Assembly (NCBI GenBank): GCA_001817505.1
Contig: MHIM01000012.1
Span: 1 to 51,879 of the forward strand
Direction of reading: 5' to 3'
Length of the DNA stretch: 51,879 bases
Source: Candidatus Buchananbacteria bacterium RIFCSPLOWO2_01_FULL_39_33
Lineage (GTDB): Bacteria > Patescibacteriota > Patescibacteriia > 2-01-FULL-39-33
In this document: positions 27,865 to 35,374 of the stretch, piece by piece
Numbering within the stretch: the stretch's first letter is position 1
Layout: the number at the start of each line of letters is the position of its first letter
Notes under the pieces: generated by a model
What the model was told of the DNA's origin: nothing
The model's database searches: none
What the model saw: only the letters and a program-made list of their open reading frames with translations
Made by a program: the position numbers and the translations under genes

Positions 27865-27897
27865 CCCCGTTGTGAAGCGAAGCTTCTACAACTGGGG
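27865..27897. repeat. GC-rich imperfect palindrome between the tsaD start and its relic 5' end
   Basis: CCCC GTTGT GAAGC gaa GCTTC tACAAC tGGGG. Confidence 0.75.
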
Positions 27898-27947
27898 TCA
27901 CAGGAGGTCTCAATAGCTAAGATTACAAATGATTTCTTTTTAATCAT
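27897..27947 (-). pseudogene. relic duplicate of the tsaD 5' end (17 codons)
   Basis: The minus strand reads ATG..MIKKKSFVILAIETSCD, then runs into the palindrome. A 21-nt direct repeat at 27897-27917 and 27788-27808 matches 19/21. Confidence 0.6.
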
Positions 27948-28011
27948 TGGGGGTTGGCTTATTTTGATAATTAATGTTATCAAAATAAGCATTTTTTATC
28001 AATCACTACCT

Positions 28012-28040
28012 TGACTTTTTTAAAAAAATACAATATAATA
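28012..28040 (+). promoter_or_regulatory. consensus-like promoter upstream of the tRNA locus
   Basis: TTGACT (28012-28017), 17-nt spacer, TATAAT (28035-28040). Confidence 0.65.
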
Positions 28041-28085
28041 ATTCTCGTGGTTAGTTATTAACCGTTTTTTTATATCAAATATCAT

Positions 28086-28197
28086 GCCGCCGTTGTCTAG
28101 TGGGTCGCGAAGCGACGGGGGCAGTAGCGAGCGAAGCGAGAGTCGCTAAAGGCGAGCAAGGGCGAGCCTTCAGCGCTGCCCAGGACTAGGACATCAG
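28086..28197 (+). pseudogene. tRNA-Glu 5' half copy interrupted by an 82-nt GC-rich structured insert in the D loop
   Basis: GCCGCCGTTGTCTAGTGG [82-nt insert, 28104-28185] CTAGGACATCAG parallels the first 31 nt of the downstream tRNA-Glu, but no anticodon loop or T arm follows. Confidence 0.6.
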
Positions 28198-28224
28198 TTA
28201 GTTTTTAATATCATCAAAGTTTAT

Positions 28225-28296
28225 GCCGCCATCGTCTAGTGGTTAGGACATCAGGTTTTCATCCTGGCAACCGGGGTTCGATTCCCCGTGGCGGTA
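28225..28296 (+). tRNA. tRNA-Glu (anticodon UUC)
   Basis: 72-nt cloverleaf: acceptor GCCGCCA/TGGCGGT, D arm GTCT-AGTGGTTA-GGAC, anticodon stem TCAGG/CCTGG with loop TTTTCAT, T arm CGGGG-TTCGATT-CCCCG, discriminator A. No encoded CCA. Confidence 0.93.
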
Positions 28297-28342
28297 CATC
28301 AAAAATAAATATTCAGCTTACGCTGAGTATTTATTTTTGATG
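28297..28342 (+). terminator. 21-bp stem hairpin immediately after tRNA-Glu
   Basis: CATCAAAAATAAATATTCAGC ttac GCTGAGTATTTATTTTTGATG, with one G-U pair on the + strand. Confidence 0.6.
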
Positions 28343-28443
28343 TAAAGTTATGCTGGGGAATCAGCGGGTCTTTTTAGCTAAAAAATATCTCCATTTTTTG
28401 CTTGGCAATTAGCAAGTTATTTTATTTTTGCTATACTGACAGT

Positions 28444-29559
28444 ATGAAAAAAATCCTCATAATCATCTTAATTATTATAATTTTAGCCGGTAGTTTATAT
28501 TTTTTAAGAGTCCCGATCCAAAAATTATTTTTCCAACCCATCAACCCTAATGACGAACTTGGCCTTTCCAAAAATCAAATCAAAACTCCTGATATTGAAG
28601 TGATAGTTGATAATTTAACCATCCCCTGGGAAATAGCTTTCTGGCCAACCGGAGAAATATTAGTCACTGAAAGAATCGGCAATTTATTGAAAATCGGCCA
28701 AGCTAAAAAAGTCATTAAAATTGAAGGCGTTACAGCTGTGGGCGAGGGCGGCTTACAGGGACTAACACTTCATCCTGATTTTAAAAATAATAATTGGCTT
28801 TATTTATATTTAACTACCCAAAACAATAGTGTTTTAGTGAACCGTGTTGAGCGCTATAAATTGGTTGATAATAAATTAGAAGACAGAACAATTATTATTG
28901 ACAATATACCCGCTGCCCAATTTCACGACGGTGGCCGAATAGCTTTTGGCCCAGATGAAAAATTATACATCACTACCGGTGATGCCGGCCAGAGCGATAA
29001 GGCCCAGGATTTAAAATATTTAGGCGGGAAAATTCTGCGCTTAAACGACAATGGCTCAATCCCGGAAGATAATCCTTATGGCACAGCCGTTTATTCTTAT
29101 GGCCACCGCAATCCGCAGGGTTTGGCTTGGGATAATAAGAACCAATTATGGGCCACTGAACATGGCCGTTCTGGAGTGTTATCCGGCTACGATGAGCTAA
29201 ATTTAATCCAAAAAGGCAGCAACTATGGCTGGCCGATAATCCAAGGACCGGAAACTAAAGCTGGAATGATAGCCCCCATTATCCAATCCGGTGCTAATCA
29301 AACCTGGGCGCCAGCCGGGGCAGTTTATTGGGACAATAGTATTTTTTTCACCGGTCTAAGAGGCGAGGCGCTTTATGAATTTAATATCATTACTCAAAAA
29401 TTAACTCCCCATTTTTTTAAAGAATATGGCCGGCTAAGGGCCCTGGTTTTAAGTCCTGACAAGTTTTTTTATATCAGCACTTCCAACAAAGACGACCGAG
29501 GCCAAATCAATGAAGGCGATGATAAAATTATTAAAATCAATCCAAAGATTTTCAGATAA
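28444..29559 (+). CDS. PQQ-dependent sugar dehydrogenase-like beta-propeller (YliI/sorbosone dehydrogenase family)
   Basis: N-terminal signal anchor. HDGGRIAFGPDEKLYITTGD, GHRNPQGLAWD and NYGWP motifs. ATG 28444 preferred. Confidence 0.8.
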   Translation: MKKILIIILIIIILAGSLYFLRVPIQKLFFQPINPNDELGLSKNQIKTPDIEVIVDNLTIPWEIAFWPTGEILVTERIGNLLKIGQAKKVIKIEGVTAVGEGGLQGLTLHPDFKNNNWLYLYLTTQNNSVLVNRVERYKLVDNKLEDRTIIIDNIPAAQFHDGGRIAFGPDEKLYITTGDAGQSDKAQDLKYLGGKILRLNDNGSIPEDNPYGTAVYSYGHRNPQGLAWDNKNQLWATEHGRSGVLSGYDELNLIQKGSNYGWPIIQGPETKAGMIAPIIQSGANQTWAPAGAVYWDNSIFFTGLRGEALYEFNIITQKLTPHFFKEYGRLRALVLSPDKFFYISTSNKDDRGQINEGDDKIIKINPKIFR

Positions 29560-29642
29560 ATTTAATAGATAGCTAAATTATTATTTTTAGGATACAATAA
29601 CTATAATTAATAAATAACTAAAAAATAAGTTGTAAAAAACTT

Positions 29643-29969
29643 ATGCCCCCCATAACTAAAGTTAAAAAGGGCACTAAAACTGTTAGTAGAGTGGCAGTCC
29701 TTTTAATTATTTCAGCGGTAATTGCCGTTGGAGTGGGAATAGTAACTTTAACCACTTTAGGTCCGGCTTCCAAGCTGTCCGGTACTACACCCAGCTGGTG
29801 TTTGAGCAATGGTATTTTAGACAGTTTTGATACGGTGATTGGTAATACGGGCGACTCCTGTTTTCTGCAGACCACCCTATATCTAATGGTACTGAAAAGA
29901 TCCTCAAAGCCCCCAGTGGCTGTATTGAGCAAGAACCAGCCGTTTCGGTCACTGGCAACGTTTACCTGA
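29643..29969 (+). CDS. signal-anchor N-terminal piece of the cysteine-rich protein (frame changes near 29846-29870)
   Basis: MPPITKVKKGTKTVSRVAVLLIISAVIAVGVGIVTLTT is a basic N-terminus plus a TM helix. The later part of this frame looks non-protein-like, while the downstream frame is open from 29846. Confidence 0.5.
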   Translation: MPPITKVKKGTKTVSRVAVLLIISAVIAVGVGIVTLTTLGPASKLSGTTPSWCLSNGILDSFDTVIGNTGDSCFLQTTLYLMVLKRSSKPPVAVLSKNQPFRSLATFT

Positions 29970-30004
29970 ACAGTGCTCACACCATCACTGGCACACCTAA
30001 TTCC

Positions 30005-31321
30005 GTGGCCTGGAAATATGATGGCTCTGGTCTGCACCTAAAACTCTGCGATGATCCATATAGTGATAACTCTGGCAGCTTTACCGTCAAGGTCCAATGG
30101 CAAAAGGAGGGCACATTTTACACTTGCCATCCCAATGACGCTACTCGCTGTCAATTGGTTACTGGCTGTCCGGCTGGTCAAATTTGCTACGGTGATTCAA
30201 ATAGCTGCGGCAATGTCTGTTATTCATACATCACTCGCTACGCCTCTCGTTGCAGTTCAGCTACGGCTTGTGCGACAGTGACCGAAGCCGAATGCGCCAG
30301 CGGCAATAAACCTTGTTATACCACTGGTGATGTTTGTCTTAAATATGCGGCCAACGACTGCGCGGCGTCAACTCCAGTTACAACCTATACGACTTACAAG
30401 TGTTCAGGTAGTCCTAATTATAGCTGTACTCCAACTGTTTGCACTTTAGGAACTGATGGTTGTTATAATTCTCTTGATAGCTGTTCTTCATCTTGTAATG
30501 TCCAGGCCTTGTCAAAATATAAATGCAGTTCTTATCAATGCCAGGCCTGCACTGCCAGCGATCCCAGTTGCAGCCAAAATTATGCCGAGTGCGGGGTGGC
30601 TTGCCCGTTAGAATCAGAGTCGAGGGGTTGCTGTATCATTCTCAATGGTTTCAATAATCCGGTGGCTCGGTATGATAATTTGACCAGGGCTGAGTGTAAT
30701 GCTAAACCCATACGTTGGAGATTACAAAAAGTCGGTTCTTTCTGCCCGGGGAAAATTTGTACGGCCAACTATGGCTGTACCAATATTAATTATTGTTACC
30801 AATCAGGTGATTTAACCAAGGCAGACAACTCCTGTCCAGCCAATACCACTAAATGCGGCGGTTTCTATTGTAAAAGCGGCGAAGAGTGCAAATCTTACCT
30901 ATTTAAAAAGTTTTGTTCAGCCACTATTAATAGTTGTCCAGCAGCAAAAGGCAAACTTTGTGCTGCTGGCCAACGCAACACCTGTTGTCCCCTTAATTCA
31001 GTCTGTGGAAAATCCACGATTTTGGGCGCCGAAACGGCAGTTTGTCTGGCACCAGGAATTTGTACTGAAGAAATGTCTAGCTATTGCGGTAAAACTGATG
31101 ATGGTAAATTGTCGTGTTGTACTGCCGCTCCTAATCTTTCCTGCAAAAATGATGGTGAAACTGGTAATATTCCCGTTTGTCAAACCAAAGACGAAACTGC
31201 CTGTATAGCAGTGGGTCAAAAGTTTTGTCAGGGCACGGGCGACAAGGTGAATTTTAAGCGTTGCTGTCCTACTGGTACCTGCGAACATCATTCAAACGGC
31301 CTGCCTTTCTGTAACGATTAA
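30005..31321 (+). CDS. cysteine-rich secreted/surface protein (frame open upstream to 29846)
   Basis: 438 aa with about 55 Cys by my count. Recurrent C-x-G-x-C, CCP and C-x3-C spacings, rich in S/T/G/N, no TM helix. GC above the local background. The upstream in-frame extension ..GTEKILKAPSGCIEQEPAVSVTGNVYLNSAHTITG.. looks coding. Confidence 0.75.
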   Translation: MAWKYDGSGLHLKLCDDPYSDNSGSFTVKVQWQKEGTFYTCHPNDATRCQLVTGCPAGQICYGDSNSCGNVCYSYITRYASRCSSATACATVTEAECASGNKPCYTTGDVCLKYAANDCAASTPVTTYTTYKCSGSPNYSCTPTVCTLGTDGCYNSLDSCSSSCNVQALSKYKCSSYQCQACTASDPSCSQNYAECGVACPLESESRGCCIILNGFNNPVARYDNLTRAECNAKPIRWRLQKVGSFCPGKICTANYGCTNINYCYQSGDLTKADNSCPANTTKCGGFYCKSGEECKSYLFKKFCSATINSCPAAKGKLCAAGQRNTCCPLNSVCGKSTILGAETAVCLAPGICTEEMSSYCGKTDDGKLSCCTAAPNLSCKNDGETGNIPVCQTKDETACIAVGQKFCQGTGDKVNFKRCCPTGTCEHHSNGLPFCND

Positions 31322-31340
31322 TCATCTTAACAGTGGGAAT

Positions 31341-31386
31341 AAAAAAACGACCGCCATCTATTCTTTTCGATGGCGGCCTTTTTGTG
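31341..31386. terminator. bidirectional terminator between convergent genes
   Basis: CCGCCATC (31351-31358) pairs with GATGGCGG (31369-31376), flanked by an A-run and a T-run. Confidence 0.8.
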
Positions 31387-31398
31387 TTCTTTAACGGA

Positions 31399-31947
31399 TT
31401 AGCCGACAGCCATGATGGCCGTGGCGATTTCGTCTCCGATTTGGTTTAAGAACAATTTGTCCCGGACCGACAGATGGTTGACATCCAGCCACGGGAACTG
31501 GCTGATCAATTGATAGTATTCTGTCGGGGGTGGGCTTGAGGCCAGTCGGCGATCAAAGTTAGCCATTGCCTCGCGATCCTCGCGAGTGAGCGGCTTGTTT
31601 TGGAGTTTGAACCACAGTCGATAGGCCGAAAGCAATTCTCGTTCTTGGTTGACGAATATTAGATCGCGGATTTCTGGCTCTCTGATTTTAACAAATGGCA
31701 ATTGTTCTTTGATAAACTGTTTGAAATCAGGTGAGAGGCCAGCAAAATACCAGTGAGCGTCAAATTGCTCGCTTTTAGAGATATTTACTAAGTCAATGGC
31801 CAGGTAATGGTCATGGAAATAGCACAAAGTTCGCGTTCTGACTGCCGCTTTTTCAACCGCCACAGTAGCACAGTTGATGCAGTTGATAATAATTATTATC
31901 AGTCCAATTAAAATAAATGATTTTAATGTTCTCGTGGCTATCATCAT
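31399..31947 (-). CDS. hypothetical secreted/membrane-anchored protein
   Basis: 182 aa with an N-terminal hydrophobic segment (FILIGLIIIIINCINC). No known motif. Higher GC. Own TTGACA-17-TAGACT promoter. Confidence 0.6.
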   Translation of the reverse strand: MMIATRTLKSFILIGLIIIIINCINCATVAVEKAAVRTRTLCYFHDHYLAIDLVNISKSEQFDAHWYFAGLSPDFKQFIKEQLPFVKIREPEIRDLIFVNQERELLSAYRLWFKLQNKPLTREDREAMANFDRRLASSPPPTEYYQLISQFPWLDVNHLSVRDKLFLNQIGDEIATAIMAVG

Positions 31948-32018
31948 TGGTCGAATCCTCCTCTAAGCGGTTTTGGTGCGAACCTTCATCTCAATAAGAC
32001 AACCGCAGTCTATCATAC

Positions 32019-32035
32019 TTGACAAATTTTGTCAA
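32019..32035. promoter_or_regulatory. perfect 8-1-8 palindrome containing back-to-back -35 hexamers
   Basis: TTGACAAA T TTTGTCAA. On the minus strand TTGACA is followed after 17 nt by TAGACT (32007-32012). Confidence 0.5.
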
Positions 32036-32097
32036 TCCGATAGCCAAATGGTTATTTTTAAGGTAAAATAATCTTAATTAATAAATAACTAAAAAAT

Positions 32098-32934
32098 ATG
32101 ATTTTATTTAGAAAAATCTTAATTTTTTCTTTGATTACCGGTCTTTTTGTCAGTATCAGCGCTGTTTTAGCTGTTAATCTGCCAGAGCCAGCCCAAGAGG
32201 TAGTTCCCGAACAGGCCGGTGTTTATGATGTTTTAGGACGACCCGATTTAAAATTAAAAGTTTTTGTTTATGAACCAAGAGTTGATCAGTCGGCTAAAAA
32301 TAATAATAATGGCAAACCAACTACTCAAGTTCCGCCAGAAATTTGCGCTTCAACTTCAGTGGCTGACCCTGATTCTCCAGCAGTGGTAGCTGGCGCCGGT
32401 TGGAAAATGCCGGCCCATTGGGTTTATAGATTAAACTTAAATAATGTTCCAACCGGAGTCGGCTCTCTCAACTTGCCGACTATTACTGATAACGCTTTTA
32501 ATCAATGGTCTATAGCTATTAATAATTTAGTTGCCATTGAGCGAGGGGAAGACACCACTTTAAATAAAGCCCAATTAGACAGCCAGAATATTATCGCTTG
32601 GGGACGGACACCGGGTACGGCTTTGGCGGTTTCTTATGTTTGGTATTATAATATTAGCGGGGAATTAGTTGAAGTTGATACGGTTATGAACAGTAAATTT
32701 ACTTGGTATTGGTCTAATCCTAATAATTGGCCGACTGATCAGACCTGCGCTTACAGCGGCGTTTATGACGCTCAAAATATTTTAACTCATGAACTTGGCC
32801 ATACTATCGGACTTGATGATGAATATGAGAGTAGCTATATAAATAACACTATGTATGGTTATGGCTCAAAAGGCGAAACCAAGAAAAATACTTTAACTAC
32901 TGGTGATAAAAATGGCGCCCTGACACTTTATTAA
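32098..32934 (+). CDS. secreted matrixin-like zinc metalloprotease (metzincin)
   Basis: Signal peptide. HELGHTIGLDDEY (HExxHxxGxxD), Met-turn candidate NNTMYGY, C-terminal LTTGDKNGALTLY resembling the matrixin D-x-x-G-x-x-x-Y motif. Confidence 0.8.
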   Translation: MILFRKILIFSLITGLFVSISAVLAVNLPEPAQEVVPEQAGVYDVLGRPDLKLKVFVYEPRVDQSAKNNNNGKPTTQVPPEICASTSVADPDSPAVVAGAGWKMPAHWVYRLNLNNVPTGVGSLNLPTITDNAFNQWSIAINNLVAIERGEDTTLNKAQLDSQNIIAWGRTPGTALAVSYVWYYNISGELVEVDTVMNSKFTWYWSNPNNWPTDQTCAYSGVYDAQNILTHELGHTIGLDDEYESSYINNTMYGYGSKGETKKNTLTTGDKNGALTLY

Positions 32935-32994
32935 ATTGAATATTTTTTAGATAAAAACGCCGGCTTAATAGCTGGCGTTTTTATTTACTTATAT

Positions 32995-34206
32995 TTATTT
33001 CTCTAAAGCGCCGCGGGTATAAACATTTTTTGCGTTCCACAAAAGCCAACCGGCAGTTTGGTTTTCATCACTTGCTCTGATTTGCGCTTTAACCATCTTA
33101 GCGTCATAATCGGCGCCTAAATCAAAGTCCTGCAGCCAAGGGCGGGTGGTAGCAATGGAACTGGTCGCTGTCTCTAAAATCAATTTACCTTCTTTCAGCG
33201 CCTGATTGACCACTTCATAGGGGTGAGCGGCTGGGTTGGCTAAAGATAAGTAGCCGGGCGGATAATGCGAAGGATAAACCATGGGCGAAATAAAATTAAA
33301 ATAAAGAGCCGCATCTACTAAGCGCTGGCCGATATTCAAATCATAATTAGGATCATTTCGCCTTTGGTAGGTGAGACCGAATAAATCAATAGACAAAGGA
33401 ATAGGCAGTTCCGCTAATTCTGATTTTAGATATTTGAAAAATTCGGTTATGATTTCATATCTTCTTTGGCTGTCAGAAAAATTATGATATTGGATTTGCT
33501 TAATGTTGCCATCGGAAGGAAAGCGGATGTAATCAAACTGCACTTCATCATAGCCGATTAAAGCCGCCTCTTTAGCTTGTTCAACTATTAATTGCCAAAC
33601 TTCGGGGTTAGTCAGATCGAGCCAAGTAACGCCCTTATAATCAGACCAAACACCGCCAGATTTATTTTTTAGAGCTAAAGCCGGAAATGTTTTTACTGCT
33701 GTCGGATCCTGAAAAGTGGTGATTCTGGCAATAGTATAAATTTCTTCATTTTGTAACTGATTTAAAATATTCTGATAATCAACTCTTGACCTGGCTACTG
33801 GTGAAAGCGGCCAATTTTTTAGCTTTTCTGAAAAAGGCGGGAACATGAATTTGCCGGCCGGGTCTTTTAGGTCAATGACTAGGGAATTTAATTCGGTCTC
33901 TTTGATTAAATTAATTAATTCTTCCCGTCTTCTCTGATTGGAAAAAGTATAACCGGTTAAATAAATCCCCTTGGCTTTTAACGGAGTAGCCAAGGCCTGG
34001 GGATAAGGAGAATTGCTCGTTTCTGATAAAATCACCTGCTTGTTTATTTTTAAAAATGACAAAAACTTTGTATTATCTCTGCTTTCAATAATAATTGAAG
34101 CGGCGCTTAATAGGGAAATTATGGCTAAAACAGCCAAAGCTGCCAGCGGAGGAATTTTTTTTTCGCTCAAAACAGAGCCGTCCCCGTTGAATCCGGTTCC
34201 CTTCAT
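32995..34206 (-). CDS. putative TIM-barrel glycoside hydrolase-like protein (DUF4015-type) with membrane anchor
   Basis: GYDEVQFDYIRFPSDG motif and an N-terminal TM helix. Confidence 0.65.
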   Translation of the reverse strand: MKGTGFNGDGSVLSEKKIPPLAALAVLAIISLLSAASIIIESRDNTKFLSFLKINKQVILSETSNSPYPQALATPLKAKGIYLTGYTFSNQRRREELINLIKETELNSLVIDLKDPAGKFMFPPFSEKLKNWPLSPVARSRVDYQNILNQLQNEEIYTIARITTFQDPTAVKTFPALALKNKSGGVWSDYKGVTWLDLTNPEVWQLIVEQAKEAALIGYDEVQFDYIRFPSDGNIKQIQYHNFSDSQRRYEIITEFFKYLKSELAELPIPLSIDLFGLTYQRRNDPNYDLNIGQRLVDAALYFNFISPMVYPSHYPPGYLSLANPAAHPYEVVNQALKEGKLILETATSSIATTRPWLQDFDLGADYDAKMVKAQIRASDENQTAGWLLWNAKNVYTRGALEK

Positions 34207-34340
34207 AACATCTTGATTTAAGACAATAAAATTACCTGTTTATTATATCAGTTTTTACCGCCTTTTAGTTTTTTAAGGTTGGGCTATTCATGGCTGTTGT
34301 TTTTTGGGATTTGGGTGGTATAATGGAAAATATTTATTTT

Positions 34341-34673
34341 ATGAAAAAATTTACTAAGAAAAAAGAAAATTTTGTCTGCGAGCATTGCGGTAGAGCAGTT
34401 GAGGGCACTGGTTACACCAATCATTGCCCGAAGTGTTTGTGGTCTAAGCATGTTGACGTTAACCCTGGTGATCGCCTGGAGAAATGCGACGACCTGATGA
34501 AGCCAGTGGATTTATACAAAGAAGGACAGAATTGGATTTTAGTTCACCGGTGCGAAAAATGCGGAATCATTAAGCGTAATCGGATTTCCACTGGAGATGA
34601 TTTTGACGAGGTGATTAGATTAAGTCAGGAAATTGCTGATCGTAAAACCAAAAATAATTGTCATGGCGGGTGA
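34341..34673 (+). CDS. RNHCP-domain zinc-ribbon protein
   Basis: FVCEHCG...GYTNHCPKCLWSKHVD...HRCEKCG. ATG 34341 preferred over the longer track ORF. Confidence 0.75.
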   Translation: MKKFTKKKENFVCEHCGRAVEGTGYTNHCPKCLWSKHVDVNPGDRLEKCDDLMKPVDLYKEGQNWILVHRCEKCGIIKRNRISTGDDFDEVIRLSQEIADRKTKNNCHGG

Positions 34674-34693
34674 TTTACTATAGATTCTGGCTA

Positions 34694-35021
34694 AATTCCG
34701 CAACCCTATGTTTTTTAGTTGTCATGGCCAATACAGTAGAGACGGGGCATGCCCCGTCTCTACTTGATATTAATATGGGATTGCGGAGTTTATTCCGAAC
34801 AAAGTGAGAAACCTGCTCGCAATGACATACAATGAATGTTTTATAATGTTGCTGGCCGAATACCCCTGGCTTTTAAGCCAGGGGATGAAGGCCAGTATGA
34901 GAAAAAATATTGTCAGCAGTAGAGACGGGGCATGCCCCGTCTCTACTAGTCATTCTGAATTTGCCCAGACCTGCCTGCCGGCAGGCAGGTACTGCGGTCT
35001 TTAGACCACAGTCAAATTCAT
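34694..35021. repeat. nest of GC-rich palindromes in a 0.4-kb spacer
   Basis: 28-bp palindrome copies at 34736-34763 and 34919-34946. CCCCTGGC..GCCAGGGG (34863-34884). Perfect 20-bp CCTGCCTGCCGGCAGGCAGG (34970-34989). Flanking inverted repeats AATTCCGCAACCC/GGGATTGCGGAGTT and GAATTTG/CAAATTC. Right half of the GTCATTGCGA element at 34777-34826. Confidence 0.85.
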
Positions 35022-35094
35022 AATTTAAAATTATTTAAAATTTAAAACCCGCTTTGGCCTAGAGCTAGAGCGGGTTTACTGTATTGTTGTAAAT

Positions 35095-35262
35095 TTAGAA
35101 CTGCCAGCTGATTTGAGCAGAGACCGTCAGGGTTTCTGCCTCATACTGGCCGGGATAAAGAACGCCAAAGTCGCGTTCAACATCATTTTCACCCCAGCCA
35201 TAGATGGCAGAAACGCTGAAAGAGAGGTGATCTTTTTGGCACTCCAGACCCAAGGTAGTGTT
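35095..35262 (-). pseudogene. C-terminal relic of an outer-membrane beta-barrel protein
   Basis: The minus frame reads ..LGLECQKDHLSFSVSAIYGWGENDVERDFGVLYPGQYEAETLTVSAQISWQF stop. Alternating hydrophobic strands and a terminal Phe. A stop lies just upstream and there is no start codon. GC well above background. Confidence 0.55.
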
Positions 35263-35374
35263 AATTAAATAGATTATTTATTGTGCTATGATTGACAAAA
35301 TATTAAAATATAGTACACTTTCATTAGTACCTTAACAATCTAAACCAAGAACAAACCAACTAAGGAGTGTTTGT

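Noticed and set aside
29618-30037. 139-aa minus-strand ORF opposite the Cys-rich gene start
   Set aside because: It is antisense to a region with a convincing signal anchor and coding-like sequence on the + strand, and has no independent support.
34804-35004. 66-aa ORF in the palindrome nest
   Set aside because: It is composed of repeat copies (RDGACPVST comes from the 28-bp palindrome and CLPAGRYC from the 20-bp palindrome), so it is unlikely to be a gene.
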